The notes under the pieces: generated by a model | Told to the model about the DNA's origin: nothing | The model's database searches: none | The model's input: the letters and a program-made list of their open reading frames with translations, nothing else | Shown: positions 49,386 through 63,500 of the stretch, one piece after another | How positions within the stretch are numbered: position 1 is the stretch's first letter | Layout of the letters: each line of letters starts with the position of its first letter | Assembly: GCA_037720515.1 (NCBI GenBank) | Contig: JBBJMM010000015.1 | Coordinates: forward strand, 4,621 to 68,620 | Direction of reading: 5' to 3' | Source of the DNA: Ferruginibacter sp. | GTDB taxonomy: Bacteria > Bacteroidota > Bacteroidia > Chitinophagales > Chitinophagaceae | Length of the DNA stretch: 64,000 bases | Position numbers and translations under genes: made by a program

Positions 49386-50922
49386 TTATTTAATACCTAA
49401 ATTCAATGTTTCAATTGAAATACTATTGCTGCCTGTATTGTTCTCCACCCACACTTCCAGGTAATCATTGGTTGATAATGGAGCTGTACATGAAATAGTT
49501 ACCGATACCTGATCGGTGTTTTTTTCCAAACGGATCTTTTGTCTCGATTCGGGCATCTTTACACCATTTCTGTAAATATAAAACGAGTAATCAATGGTAT
49601 TAAATGCATGTGCAGCGGTGAGTGAACAAAGTACCTGGAAACGCCGTGTTTTTGTACCGGTATACATTAACCTGTTGTTTACAGGGGAAGTGATCCTGAA
49701 TAATGATACAGGTGTAGTTGTACCCAGGATCTTGCTTGGTGTATTAACGGCGGTAAATGTTGTAGGAACAGTTGTGGAAATAAATAAATTTGCAGATGCA
49801 ACATCATCTTTTTCCGTTGTAATACCAGGAACTTCTACTTCCCATTTATTTGAAAATGAACCCAGAACACGAGTGCCTGTTCCCATCATCGCAGTATTTT
49901 TAAAATTAGCTGCTTCGTTAATTGTTGTTATACCGGAAACATCTAAACTTACAGCAGACATGGTGCTTAATGAGTGACTAAATCCGCCTAATTTTTCTAT
50001 CATTCCAAATGTTCCAATCATTTTTTCAAATGTGTTGGAGTTGGTGGAGAACCATGCAGTATTGTCAAGTAGCAGGTTTGTTACATCCTGGAATGTAATT
50101 CCATTAAGATTTCCTGCATAATTAATAACACTAAAAAAAATAATATAACCACCTTGTACCAGGCCAACTTCCTTGCTATTTGCTATTACATTATCCCGGA
50201 CAATAAGGTTCTCTGTTGCTCCAAGGGCAAGATTAAATAGTTTAGATCCTGTAGTAATTGCTGCAAGCGTAAGTGTTTTTATAGTGCCGCCTTTTGTACC
50301 TGTGAATAATTCTCCCGAACCTGGAATGTAAATCAATTTATCGTTATTGGCATCCATTCCTACCAGGTAACAACCATTCAGGTTGATCTTACTGGTCATA
50401 TATATCGTACCGTTAACTTCATAGGTCACTCCGGCTGCAAGGGTGATCACACCGGCGACCGGTACAGGAAAATCTGCAGCTGTTTGTACTATAACATAAT
50501 TAGAACGGGTCTTAACCGGGCTGGAACCTTTAATATTCCAGCCAATGCCATTGCTTATTATAGATATTGATTCGTTTTGTTCATCCAGCAACCAGTTTGT
50601 TTTGTTATCTATTGTTTGAGCTGATGTTGTTGCAATAGTAACTACAGGCACGGAAAGTGTTGTACTTGTATTTTTTAATAATATACTCTCTTCCGGTACA
50701 GGTTGCTGCATCAGGAAGTGTAAGTGTAGCTGCTGCGGTTCCCGTAAACATCAGAGTATTATCGGTAGAAGCAGCAGTATTGGAAGCAGTAAATGCCCGG
50801 TAATTCAATGCCAGCGAGCCTCTTATATCAAGGGTTGAAGTAGGTGTGGTAGTACCAATACCCATCTGCCCTTGTACACTTGCAGCAACTAAAAGGATCA
50901 GAATTGTAATGCAGGTTTTCAT
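49386..50922 (-). pseudogene. Secreted fibre/adhesin-like protein split by +1 frameshift in an A6 run
   Basis: ORF 50922-50605 (signal peptide, GIGTTTPTSTLDIRG, LTLPDAATCTGREYIIK) joins ORF 50711-49386 (NTSTTL...) if one A is removed at 50671-50676. Confidence 0.75.
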
Positions 50923-51238
50923 GGATAAGATTTAAAATAAATTAAAAACTTCAATAGCAATAAATATTAGTTGGGGTAAAGGGATGGATATTTATAAGAT
51001 GATTAGCTATGTGTAAACGCAACACTTTTTATTAAAGTACTATTACTTAGGAAAAAGTAAAATTTAGTTGTTTTAACTAGCAAAGGGTAGTAAATAAATT
51101 ACAATTATAACTTAGCATAAGTATTCCCTTATATATGATATTGTTTAAATGCAGTATTGGTGGAGCCCTGTAGAATCAAAAACCCAAATTGGTGATTAAT
51201 TGATATAATGGGTTAATAGAGTTCTTAAACTGTTTTAA

Positions 51239-53944
51239 TTATTTTACCATATTTGCGCTGAGTATAAAACGGAGATTCTCTACAATATCTCCATCTCTTT
51301 TTGCGGATATCTTAAATGGCAAAAGAGGAGATGAAAACATGTTTAATTTATTTAACTGGAAGCTATCAACACTTGCAGTGTACAAACCCGGCGCCAGACC
51401 AACAAAGCTGAAGTAGCCATCAGCTTCTGTAAGCACTTTTGCCACAAGGATAGATTCGGCATTGTAAATATTAACGATAATACGGCCCAATCCATTCTCT
51501 TCAACATTTTTTTTGAGTGACACGGTACCGGAAACTTCTCCTACAACAGCTACAGGAACTTCTATCAATTTAAAACTGTTAGGATCAATAACAACTTTGA
51601 TAGTAGGCTTTTTTATCTGCCAGGCAATATTATCGAAACTGCTGGGATCCAGTTCAAGATAATAACTGGTATAAGCTTCTAATCCTGATATACGTATAGA
51701 AGTATCGCCGTTATTTTTTTCATTTTCAATTCGCCCACCGTTAACCTGTATTTTCATTCCGGAAACGCCAGGTTCTTTGAGTTCTCGTTTTCCATTACAG
51801 TTCATATCTAGAAAGGGTATAACAATTACTCCACCTTTCCCTGCCTGCGACTGATTACTTAAGGCGATATAATTAGTTTTTGCGTCACATAACAAACTTC
51901 CGTGTGCTGATTGGGTAGTTGTTACAGACTTACTGTTCCTGCTGGTGGAAAAAAATGTTTGAGCAAATGAAAAATTATACCTCATCCCAATCGTCATTGT
52001 ACTGTTACTGTTATTTATCAGATCTTTTTGATATGATAAATTCACAAACCCTTTCCTTCCTAGATTTTTTTCTAATTCTGCCTTTAGCATACTAAACTTA
52101 TTTTGCCTGTACTCATACTGCGACTGTGGTGAAAATCTAAAGCCCTTTGGCAGGCGGATGGCCAGTGAAAGGTTGCTGTACAGCAATGGATTTTTGGGAG
52201 TGTTGAATAGGGCATAGGTTGTAAGATTGGAAATCACCCCTGCAACACTGCTGGAAAACAGCAATTCTGCCGAAGTAGTTTTCAATTGGCTTTTTCCATA
52301 AGAGTTTGGTAGTATAGGAAATGTAAACTGGTTGAAAGTAAGTCTTGAGAAAGCATTGAATTTTATGCTTTTAACCGGCATGGATATTACGAGTTTTTTC
52401 TCCTCACCCTGGTTCACCTGGATCGCTGTTTGCCCTTTTGCATATTTTGTATAGACCAGGTCAAATTGTAAGTTTGATGGCAAACGGTAATTAATAGATG
52501 TTTTGGAACGAACGCCCGCAGCATGCTCGGCAGAGATCAGTAAATGTGAGCCCAATACAAGAGAAGTTTGTACAAATGGCATGAATCTGCCTGAGGTTAG
52601 CGTGGAAAGATATTCCATACCTCCACCTAGGGTAAGGCGCCGGCCAAGGCCATAATTAAAATTAGCCCGCGTAAAACGTCCCTTGCTGTTGTCTTCCACA
52701 ATACCGGAAGACACAGTATATTCCAATTGGTGCAAGGGAATAAAATTAAATGGCACAGTAATATATTTTTCGCTTACCTGTTCTTCACCAAATGGGCCAT
52801 AAAAACGAAGTTTCACAAATGAATTGCCATAGACCATAGGCACTTCGAAAGTAAAAAATCCGGAAGCATCAGCTTTTGTATAATTTATAAGCACATTGTT
52901 TACATAAAGCTCAACAGTCCATCCGGGTTCTGTATTGTTACTAAGTGTATAGGTTCCGAATGATTTCCGGTAAGTACTTGGAGCATTGGTAAATTGCATC
53001 CCGATGACCGGGGCAAACAGCGATGAAATAGAATGGGTAAATATCTTGCCGGCAGTTACCTGGCGTAAAGCTCTGTGCTCGTTATTTACAAAACGCCACT
53101 GGTATGATTGCTGCCTTAGTTTCAATGACTGATTACTGTAATAATTCATAGAAAGGTTCAATTCTCCGCCGGCTACAATACCTCCCAGGCCAAGATTCAA
53201 CCTTGTATTCGTTGTTCCACTGGATACCTGGGTAGAAACCACGGACCAATCGGCCATGCCAAAATGAAACAATGGAAAACTTCTGCCAATAGTTGTATCA
53301 GCTTTCTTTTCGCCTTTGAGTTTGCTGATATTCCGGCGCATCAATTCCTGCTGCATTTCCCGGATCACCGGCAAGTCAATTTTTGTATTTAAAGTAACAG
53401 AAAGGTTGCGAAAATCAAAAACACATTCCAACCCAAACACTTGTCCGAAAAATCCAGACCTCAGGTAAAGATTATTTTCTGTCCGGATCAAATCATGCTT
53501 GTCTAACGAAAATGTTTTATCCAGGTAAACGATCCGGTTATTTGTTTTATCAATTAAATAGGTATTTTTTGGATTGATAACAAAGCCTTGCATCAACTCA
53601 AGATTAGCGGAGAGCGTATTTTTTATTTTCAGGAAGTCAAAAAGCTCTTTAATCGGTAAAAATAATTCCTGATTTTGAATAATACCTTGTATTTCCAGTC
53701 CGCCAATACGGGGAACATTCATTGTTATAGAAACTTCATCAAAAAGCTCATCTTCCGGGGTTACAAAACCTGTGTCTCCGACTGCATAGTTAAATACTAA
53801 CGGCAAGGAAGAGCCGCCGAGCTGGCTAAATGCCTGACCGGGGATTAATGCCAGTAGTAACAAGACAAGGCAAAGCCTGCCCCACTTAAAAAAGCAGCAA
53901 TAACGGAAGCCTTTTGTGTATCGATATTTAGAGTTATTAATCAA
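51239..53944 (-). CDS. Usher-like outer-membrane protein with C-terminal carboxypeptidase-regulatory/SdrD-B-like domains
   Basis: Signal peptide, FLPIKELFDFL N-domain, WTVELYVNNVL, YGNSFVKLRFYGPFGE plug-like segment, long beta-strand region, FLDMNCNG, GEVSGTV. TTG start. Confidence 0.7.
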   Translation of the reverse strand: MINNSKYRYTKGFRYCCFFKWGRLCLVLLLLALIPGQAFSQLGGSSLPLVFNYAVGDTGFVTPEDELFDEVSITMNVPRIGGLEIQGIIQNQELFLPIKELFDFLKIKNTLSANLELMQGFVINPKNTYLIDKTNNRIVYLDKTFSLDKHDLIRTENNLYLRSGFFGQVFGLECVFDFRNLSVTLNTKIDLPVIREMQQELMRRNISKLKGEKKADTTIGRSFPLFHFGMADWSVVSTQVSSGTTNTRLNLGLGGIVAGGELNLSMNYYSNQSLKLRQQSYQWRFVNNEHRALRQVTAGKIFTHSISSLFAPVIGMQFTNAPSTYRKSFGTYTLSNNTEPGWTVELYVNNVLINYTKADASGFFTFEVPMVYGNSFVKLRFYGPFGEEQVSEKYITVPFNFIPLHQLEYTVSSGIVEDNSKGRFTRANFNYGLGRRLTLGGGMEYLSTLTSGRFMPFVQTSLVLGSHLLISAEHAAGVRSKTSINYRLPSNLQFDLVYTKYAKGQTAIQVNQGEEKKLVISMPVKSIKFNAFSRLTFNQFTFPILPNSYGKSQLKTTSAELLFSSSVAGVISNLTTYALFNTPKNPLLYSNLSLAIRLPKGFRFSPQSQYEYRQNKFSMLKAELEKNLGRKGFVNLSYQKDLINNSNSTMTIGMRYNFSFAQTFFSTSRNSKSVTTTQSAHGSLLCDAKTNYIALSNQSQAGKGGVIVIPFLDMNCNGKRELKEPGVSGMKIQVNGGRIENEKNNGDTSIRISGLEAYTSYYLELDPSSFDNIAWQIKKPTIKVVIDPNSFKLIEVPVAVVGEVSGTVSLKKNVEENGLGRIIVNIYNAESILVAKVLTEADGYFSFVGLAPGLYTASVDSFQLNKLNMFSSPLLPFKISAKRDGDIVENLRFILSANMVK

Positions 53945-53959
53945 TTTTTTTTATGGTGG

Positions 53960-54493
53960 CTATTCCAGGTTAAAGGTTACATAGAATGTTCCGGTGTAAG
54001 TCCCGGGAGGATTAGCAGCAGCGTTACCAACTGTAATAGTTCCTCCAAAGTTCACAGGTGTTCGTGCTGGCTGGGGCACAACTGTCACAAAAGGGGAGGA
54101 AGGATTTGAATTGCCGATATGCAGGTTAATAGAACCGCCGTTACTACCGGTAAGGGAAACATCGGACCCATTTAATATGGAAATTACAGATCCCGCAGGA
54201 GCATCAATTTCAAAGATCGAATTAAAGTAGCTCACCCCCATGTTGAGAAGAATCAGATCGCCCGTAACTGACCTTACACCGCTGTTGGAGATCGTTACTG
54301 TTCCACCGGAATTACCATGACTGAATGCACCAAAGCTCATATTTTGAATAGTATAAACAGAGATCGCACCCGGATCATCGGGTAGTGAATCCGTGGGATC
54401 CTGGCCAAATGAAACAATAGAACAGCAATCTAGTATAATTATAAACAGGGTTTTACTTATCAATTGCCGGGTTTTCATAGTTATTTTTTTCAT
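53960..54493 (-). CDS. DUF4402 domain protein (pilin-like)
   Basis: Signal peptide, MSFGAF, GGTVTIS.SG.RS.TG, C-terminal FGGTITV...NPPGTYTGTFYVTFNLE. Confidence 0.8.
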   Translation of the reverse strand: MKKITMKTRQLISKTLFIIILDCCSIVSFGQDPTDSLPDDPGAISVYTIQNMSFGAFSHGNSGGTVTISNSGVRSVTGDLILLNMGVSYFNSIFEIDAPAGSVISILNGSDVSLTGSNGGSINLHIGNSNPSSPFVTVVPQPARTPVNFGGTITVGNAAANPPGTYTGTFYVTFNLE

Positions 54494-54503
54494 TGGATAT
54501 TCG

Positions 54504-57500
54504 TTATTCTATCATGACCGACTGAATATACCGTTGGTTTTGGTTAGATACCTCCATATAATACACGCCTGATGGCAGCATTTTATTAACATAGATGACC
54601 TGGCGCATTGAGCCACCAGTATGATCGATCAGTTGCTTAATGATCTGGACCCCCTTTAAATCAAATATCTTCACTGTGTATTGTCCCTTTTCTTTTGAAT
54701 TAATATAAAGATGGATCTGCTTGTTTTTTATTGGGTTTGGATACACACTGATCTCTGCACCGCTTGATTCAATTTTAACGAGCACTGTTTGACTCAGGAA
54801 ATAATTGCCCGCCAACTCTATCGCCCTGATACGATAATAATTATTCCCTGCAACTGGTTGTCTATCTAGCCACTCGTAACTTTGAACGGTATTATTTCCT
54901 CTTGAACTAACACTACCTACCGAACTGAAATTGATCCCGTCACCAGATCTTTCCACTTTGTAATCCCTGATCCCGCTTTCTTCGGCGATCTCCCATTTTA
55001 CCAAAATATCTTTATTGATTTTTGTTGCCATTACAGAAATGAACTTAACAGGTAATACAATTGCTGATTTGAACAGGATCCTGAACCGGTTTGTATCAAA
55101 AGAAGCAGGTACGGAAAGACTTACATTAAAATCTATCCGGTTAGTATCTGTAACTGACAAAAGTTGAAGTGTATTAAGGTATTTATCCTGCAGGTAAGGT
55201 TGAACAATACTTCCTTCCATTCCCTTTGCAAATATTTGCAGTGTGTACACCGGTTTTGTAAGCTTAGCTACATTTAAAAATAAAGTGTCATTATGTTGAG
55301 GAACTTTCCTGGCATCAATACTCAAAAGTTCGCCCCTATTGGCTATTGCAATCATCTCTGTGGCCGCATTTATCATTTTTGAAGCGTCTTCATTTCCAAC
55401 CAGGTTGGAAAATGCTTCATCAAAAACGGTAACAACACCATCGGTGAGTATTTTTGAAGCACCACTATTATACAGCAGGTTTATTGCAAGCAACGGAAGT
55501 TCATTAGTTAATCCACGAAACACAATAGGATTAAAATCGGCAACTTTATCCTGTTCCCGGATAGTCAATGCAGGTGATGATCCGATAGTTTTTACAAAAA
55601 ATCCCTGTCCTGACTGAATGTATTGATTTAGCCCTGTGCTACCCGAATAAGGCGATGAGATGGTAACAGTACCAATGGTACTTACAGTTACATATCCCCC
55701 CGTACCGCTTAGGTTTGGATCCCAACCCCAATACGTATTTGAAACATTTGTTCTGGGCAATACTGACCAATCGATGGGAGAGGCAAATGGATTGCCCAGC
55801 ATCGTGTACCTGCCTGTTACTCCCGAAAGGGGAATCGCTGAAGCTGTACCATATACCTGGTCTCCCGTTTTTAATGTTCCCTTTGCAATGACTACCGTAC
55901 TGTTAGGGTTACTCGTAGTTATTGTATTGCGGCGGTCCCCATAAACGAACATATAATAAGCTATACCTGCTTTCAGTGGAGTATATTTTGTATTTTTTCC
56001 ATTGGCAGTAGTATAACCAACATATTTCCTGTTCACATCATCGTAAGTAAATAAAGAAGCGTTTGGAGTTTGGGTATCAAAACCATCAGCAGACAAACCT
56101 CCGGTAATAAAATTTCCAACATTTGCAGTTGTATTAATACCCTGGTTTTGCCAGTTGCCCCAGATTGAAAGAGCTTCCTGTCCTGCAGATAAAGTAGTGC
56201 TTGCACTTGTTGTAACTGGGCTTGTAATTAATCGGTATTTACGACGACCCGGTACATAGCGTTCTGCTGTAACATTTCCGCTTATTGGTGTAGAAGAAAG
56301 AGAAGTAATGGGAGCTACTCTTGCAGTTGCGGTTGCTGATGATTTTAAAATAAGATATCCTTCCGCAGCAAGACTGCCTTTTGATACTGTTATTACATCA
56401 GTCAGGTTTAATAAGCCTCCCAATGTTACTCCCGCATTATTATTTATAGTAAGACCTTTCACTGTATTTCCCGCGAAAGCTGCGGCAGGTATTGTTTGTG
56501 CAGTAACTCCGTTCATTTCAATTGTTCCCCTACTGGCGATAAACGTTCCGCTGTTACTGATGGCGCCGCCGATCTTTAATGTAAGGCTGTCTATATCTAA
56601 CTTTCCTAAAGTAACAGTAACGTTATTACTTACCGTTAGTACCGGTGCCTGGAGAATAGCTGTTATGTTTGTGCTGTTTACAGTTAAATTATAAACAGGA
56701 TTGGTGGATTTAATTCCAAAAGTTTGCGAAGCGGTAGTTAATATATCTCCTGCCTGTAATACACCTCCTGTAAATCCGGTACCAGTATTAGCAAGATTAT
56801 TATAACCAAGATTCTGGCCCGCTGTTCCACCGGCATCCCTGATGACGATCGTTCCGCCAGACACATTGAATGTGCAACCCGGTACATCCATATTAAATGG
56901 CGCAATACCGGCAACAGTACTTCCTTTTGTATTTACCATAATGGTTCCGCCCTGCATGTTGAGTGCCCATGCTACACCGGGATTACTTATCCGTGATGCC
57001 AGGTTTAAGTTTCCAGCTGTTACAAGAAACCGGCTTGTACTCTGAGGTATTACCGCATTATCAATTACACTGCCCATATTCATGGTGCCGCCCGTTACCT
57101 TTACTGTTCCTGCCACCGTCCAATTCATAGCGGAAGAATTAATGGTGCCTGCATTTACCCAGAGGCCTGCTGTAGCCGGTATTAAAAAATTACCTGTAGC
57201 TATATCGGCGGTAAAAGGAGTGACGCTAACACCTGCACTGTTCAGATTAAATGATCCGTTGTTTAGCGTAAGGAAGCCATTGGGTGCAGAAAAATTAGCT
57301 GCTGTAACATCTAAGTAATTAGTATCTATTAAGCCCATGTTAGTGGTGATACGGTTGAAATTAGTGATGGCACCTGCACCGGCTATTGTTTGAATTCCGT
57401 TTTTATTAAATGTTATGTCGCCCAAACTATTAGCATCCGGTCTAAGGTTTAGTGTTCCATTGTTTATAATATTCCCGCTTACAGATAAAAGGTGAGTCGC

Positions 57501-60500
57501 ATTAGATGTGCTGTCAACATTGAACGTGGTTCCGCCGGCTACTGTTATATTTCCATTTATTGCAATGGTTCGTCCTATTTCATTGTTGCCAATACTGAGG
57601 GTTCCTGTTGTAACACTAAGGTTGTTGTTTACTGTTGCATCAAGGAGTGTAACCTTTCCGCCGGAATTCATAGCATCCAGGTTATAAAAAGTCATTGACG
57701 TTACAGTTTGATCGGTGGTGCCATCAAATGTAAAAGTGGAAGCACCACTGTTAACCGTTCCATTATTTATTATACTTCCGCCTATTAAATAATTACGATT
57801 ACCGGCATTAAAAACGGAGCCGTTATTTATGGTGAAATTATTTGCCATATCCCAGCCAGATACAGGCGTTATTCCCGTTGCATTTGTATTGGATATAACT
57901 ACATTATTGAAAGAGACAGAACTCCCCGCTAATGTAATGGCGCCTGTACCTCCAAATACCACACTACCTGTACTTGAAAAATCATTCCCAAGGTTTACTG
58001 TAACAGCTGATGATGGTATAAAATTCATAATGCCGTTGCTGGTAATTGTGCCATTGTTGGTAACACTGCCCAGTATATTATGGGTAGAGTTGCCGCCATT
58101 AAATGAAGCACCGCTTCCCACTGTTAACCCGTATGCGATGTTCCATCCAACGCTGGGATTCACTCCACCTGTATTATTAATATTCAGGTAGCCAAATTGG
58201 GGAGCTGAAGTTGAGATCATTTCAGGAGGAACAGAACCATTGAAGTTAACAGTAATGGCCACTGTTTGAACAGCATTTAGCAAACTCAATGTTTGTAAAA
58301 CATTACCGGTAAAAGTTGTTGTCCCCAGTGTATACAAAATACCGCTGTTGATTAAATCGCCATTCATGGTAACGATAATACCGGTACCGGCGGAAAGGGA
58401 TCCTGTGCTGTTAATTATAAGTAACCGGTCAAGAGTAATATTACTCAAAAAGGTATAACTCCCATAAACTGAAAAGCGGTTAAAGGTCGTATTACCAGAA
58501 ATGGTTTTAGTAATTCCTGTTGCAATAATGGTGCTGGTGGATGCGGTAAAAGTTCCGTTATTAACCCAGTTGCCATTTAAGGTAATTGTTTGGGAGCCGC
58601 CATCAAAATTTGACCCATTTTCAATGGTTAATGTGCCTTTCACTGTAATAGGTGAAACCAGTGTTTTAACCCCGGCATTTCTTAGAATAAGATTGCCAAA
58701 ACTTTCACTAAATATTGCCTGCGAGCCTGTGCCGTCAGCTATTACAGTACTTGAAGTTGAAAGTGACCTGGTAGTAAAATTGAATGGTGCATTATTGGCT
58801 CCGAGTATAAACGTAGCTGAATCAGATAAGATCAAATTGCCCCCCGCCACAATCCTGTCACAGCTAAATGATTTTATATTCAGCGTACCGGACGTAACAG
58901 TTAAATTTCCATTTATAACAACATTACCGGTAAGTTCTGCACTGGTACCAACCGGTTTATTGATCACAAGATTATTGAAAGTAGTTGATGAAATAGTTTG
59001 TGTTCCACTACCATTAAAGGCTACATATGCTCCAGTGCCAATGTAATTTCCAATCCTGATCCAGTTGCCGCCAACATTCAACCTGTAATTGTTATGAAGG
59101 GTTGCTCCAGCAGCAATCGTTACATTTCCTGTTATGTTTACGGTAGAAAAATTGTCAACTTCGCCGGAGGAAATCAAAAAATTGCCGGCAACATTTATTA
59201 GAGAATCTATAGCAGCTATTCCCGCAGTTTTATTAATGGTAAGATTGTTATAGTTAATTTGTGCTATAGCTTGATTTCCTGAACCGTTATATATCACGGT
59301 GCCGCTTCCTGCTGTGAACGTTCCGCTTTTGTAAGTAAAATTATTATCAATATTTAATATTCCTGCCCCGCTGAAATTTATACTGGCATCTCCAGCCTGG
59401 AATAATGAACCTAAAACGCTAACAGTTCCGGCACCAATGTTTAGATTAACAGACTGGCCATTGATTTCATCGCTCAATATCAAATCTCCGTTTACTACCA
59501 GGGTTTGATTATTTACATTAATTGTATGTATGGCATTTCCTGTCCAGTCTCCATCAATATTTCCTGAAACGGTAAGCGACCCTCCACTGGCAAGCGTAAG
59601 TGTTACAGCCTGGAAGTTATCAAGGTGAATACCACTTACTGATATATTAGCACTGATTGTTGGCTGATAAGTAAACCCTACTGTTCCTAAAGAAACAATG
59701 TCTGATGCTGAAGGTGGTATAGAGGGAGCTCCTTGTGTAGTGGTCCAGTTAGCAGCCGTATTCCAGTCGGTACTTACACTACCGTTCCATGTCACGATAT
59801 TCAAATTATCTGAAAGAGTATAGCGGTTCGACATATTGGTTAAACCACTTAGTTCCACGTAATTGTTGCTTGTATCATTCCCTGTTTTACCAATCAGGTT
59901 CCAGGTAGTTCCTACATAATTCCACAATCCCATCGATGATTCGTTAATTCCATTCAACTCATTATCTTCATAATGCAGGCGAAGTGTTGCATTATAAGTA
60001 CCGGTGGGTACGGTTACATTATATACCCTCCCCATGGATCCACCAAAAGGAAAATCGCTGATCAATCCCTTAACAACAGATACCGTTATACTGGATACAG
60101 CGGATACAGCCGAAAAGGTAATCGAGTTATTGGAGCTTTCAAAAGCATACGCAACCCCGGTTGTAAATGAATGGATGCGTTGAATATTGCCATATATACG
60201 ACCGTCGCCGGTTCTTGTGTTTGTAATGGTAAGTGTATCTGATCCGGTTGTTATTATACCATTGGTCATATTAACTATAGCAGCAGAAATATTATCATTT
60301 AGAATCAATTCATTTGAAGCGCTGCTTGTATTACTGCTAAGAATATTAAATGTCGTAAAGCCTGTCAGGTAAGCCGTAGCAGATCCTGCAAATTGTATTG
60401 TGGAAGTGCCTGCAACGAATGTTCCGTAATTATTCCAATTGCCATAAATGGAATGGGTATAGGAAGAAGCCGTAAAGGTTGTTCCGGTTTCAATGGTAAT

Positions 60501-63500
60501 ATCTTTATTGGTGGTAATGTCTCCGGTCGCAGTTTTTAAGTTGCCATTTGATAAAACAAGATTGTTATAAGTAATGGCATTTATATTCTGTGCCCCTGTT
60601 CCATTAAAATTTACGGTATTGGGTATTGATGAAGTTACATTTAATGTACCTGCGGTAATGGTAAGTGTATTGGCAATTCCCAAAATTGAATTAGCAGCTA
60701 ATTGCAACGATGTTCCGTTAATGGTGGTATTGAAAAGATTAGCTGTTCCACTTAAGGAAGAAGTTCCTGTAAAAGTTGCTGTGCCTGCAGATGCAGAAAA
60801 ACTTCCATTAACATTCAAACTGTTTGCTATGGAAAAACTGACAGCCGTTGTAATGGAACCTGATACTACTAATCCGGCAAAAGTCTTGTTACCTGTACCT
60901 GATATTGTTTTTGAAGTGCCGCTCATGGTAATATTACCGGTACTTGCAGTAAAGCTTCCACTTACTGATAAATTACCTGTAACATTAAAAGATGCGGCTG
61001 TAGTTACCGTGCCACTTGCAGTGAGGTTATCAATTGAAATTCCTGTGCCGCTTATGGTTTTGGCTGTGCCGGTCATCAGCATTGTTCCGCCCGAAGCCTG
61101 GATGAATGAACCTGATGATATAGTGGTAAGATTACCCGATATGCTGATGCTTTCGTTTGAAATTGTGATCAAGGACGCTGAAACAGTAAGGTTATTAAAA
61201 TTCTGTATGCCCGATCCGCTTACACCTTTTCCGGGGCCCGAAAAAGTAATAGTTCCCGTATTGCCATTAAAGGTTCCACTGTTGATCCAGTTTCCGGCAA
61301 CGCTGTGCGCAAAACTGCCGCCATTAAATGTAGTGGAAGCACCTATTGTAACATTTCCGGTAATGGTAAGAATAGCAGCAGCAGTAAAGTTAACTGAAGT
61401 GCCAGCACCCAATGTACTTGTAAGATTACCTACAATTGCAAAAGCCGTGGCAGCAAAGGTTTTAACGGCAGCTCCGCTTGCACTGCTTAGTGTAAGATTA
61501 CCATAAGTTCTGGCAGCTACGGTTTGATTGGTGCCATTGTATTCTACCGTACTGGTTACGTTCAAGGTATTAGTAGTAAAGTTGATCGGGAAAGTATTAG
61601 TTCCTCCTATCTTCAATATGGTATTACCGGATAAGCTAAGTGTACCACCTGCAGTTGCACGGTTGGCAGTATAAACGCCAATGTCAAATGTTTTTGCGGT
61701 TACGGAAAGGTTGCCGGTAATGCTGGTATTTACATTTAAAGTAACAGCACTCACTGTATTTGCAATCGTAAGATTGGTAAAAGTAGTAGCGAATGTTCCA
61801 CCGATCGTTTGAGCAGTTGTGCCATTGAAAATAACGGTGGCTGTTCCTGCTGTAAAAGCGGTTGTTGAAACATTATTGGCCCAGTTACCCTTAACCGATA
61901 AATTAAAATTATTTGTGTTCAGCGTTCCGGTTGTTATTATCAGGTTTCCGTTTACTGTTGTTACTACACCTTCTTTCACAGTGATGCCCGATCCGTTTAC
62001 GATAAGGTTATTATAAGTTGTATAAGCAGCAGGCAGGGTTATTGTAGATTGTAATTCTATTGTTCCTGCTCCCGGAGTAAATGTAAGGTTAGTGGAAGCC
62101 CATGTGCCCCTGATTACAAGGGTTCCTCCATTGGTCATACTAAGTGTGCTGACAGCTGCACCCGCACTTACGTTCGACACATTCAACCGGTTTGTACCGC
62201 TGGCAACCCAGTTAAGTGTACGGCCTGTAGCTGTTCCTATTGTTAATGAACCATAAGCAATATTATCCGTGCCCGCATTATTATCCACCGTACAGGCGCC
62301 ATCAATAACCAGGTTCTCACTTACAGTGGGTAAAGTACCGCCTGTCCACCTGGCCGCATCACTAAAGTTTCCGGTTCCTGTAAATGTTTTAGTAGCAATA
62401 ACGACTGTGATACCTGCAGTAGTTGTATAAACAGAACAACCGCCTGCTGCAGCCACTGTATAAGTAACTGTATAAGTACCCGGCGTGCTGGTGCTTAAAG
62501 TAATATCACCGGTTGTTGCATTAAGAGACAGACCTGCAGTTGAAGAATAAGTTCCGCCTGTTGTTCCGGAAAAAGTAACCGAAGCTGTTCCGGAATTTAT
62601 CATATAAGGTGACCCTGTATACGAAATAGTTGCGGTCGGAATGGCATTGATTGTTACTGAAGCAGTAGCTGTTTGTGCAGAACATCCGCCTGCTGCCGCC
62701 ATTGTATATGTAACAGTATAAGTACCGGCAGTACTTGTACCCGGAATAATATCGCCGGTAGTAACATCAATAGTTAATCCCGCTGTTGAAGAATAAACAC
62801 CACCTGTTGTTCCTGTTTGCGTAACAGATTGTGAAGTGCCTACTGATTTACAAAAAGGAGATCCGCTGTAGGATATTGTTGCTACTGGTAATGTTGTAAT
62901 TGTTACAGATGCAGTTGTTGTTTGTACCGCACATCCGCCTGTTGCAGCCATTGTATAAGTAACGGTGTATGTGCCAGCGGTGCTTGTGTTGGGTGTTATT
63001 GCTCCTGTTGATGCATTGATTGTTAATCCGGCAGTTGATGTATAAGTACCACCTGCAGTTCCAGTTTGTGTAACAGGTTGCGCCGTGGCCACTGAGTTAC
63101 AAAAAGGAGAACCGCTGTATGAAATTGTTGCTACCGGCAATGTTGTAATTGTTACAGATGCAGTTGTTGTTTGTACTGCACATCCGCCTGCAGCAGCCAT
63201 TGTATAAGTAACGGTGTATGTGCCAGCGGTGCTTGTGTTAGGTGTTATTGCTCCTGTTGATGCATTGATTGTTAATCCGGCTGTTGATGTATAAGTACCA
63301 CCTGTTGTTCCAGTTTGTGTAACAGATTGTGCAGTGCCTACTGATTTACAAAAAGGAGATCCGCTGTATGATATTGTTACTACCGGTAATGTTGTAATTG
63401 TTACAGATGCAGTTGTTGTTTGTACCGCACATCCGCCTGTTGCAGCCATTGTATAAGTAACGGTGTATGTGCCAGCGGTGCTTGTGTTGGGTGTTATTGC

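Noticed and set aside
55339-62016. Many plus-strand ORFs up to 310 aa opposite the giant adhesin
   Set aside because: Antisense shadows of a Thr/Gly/Asn/Ala-rich gene with few reverse-frame stops; the same applies to short ORFs opposite aspS, uvrA and the pyrimidine genes.
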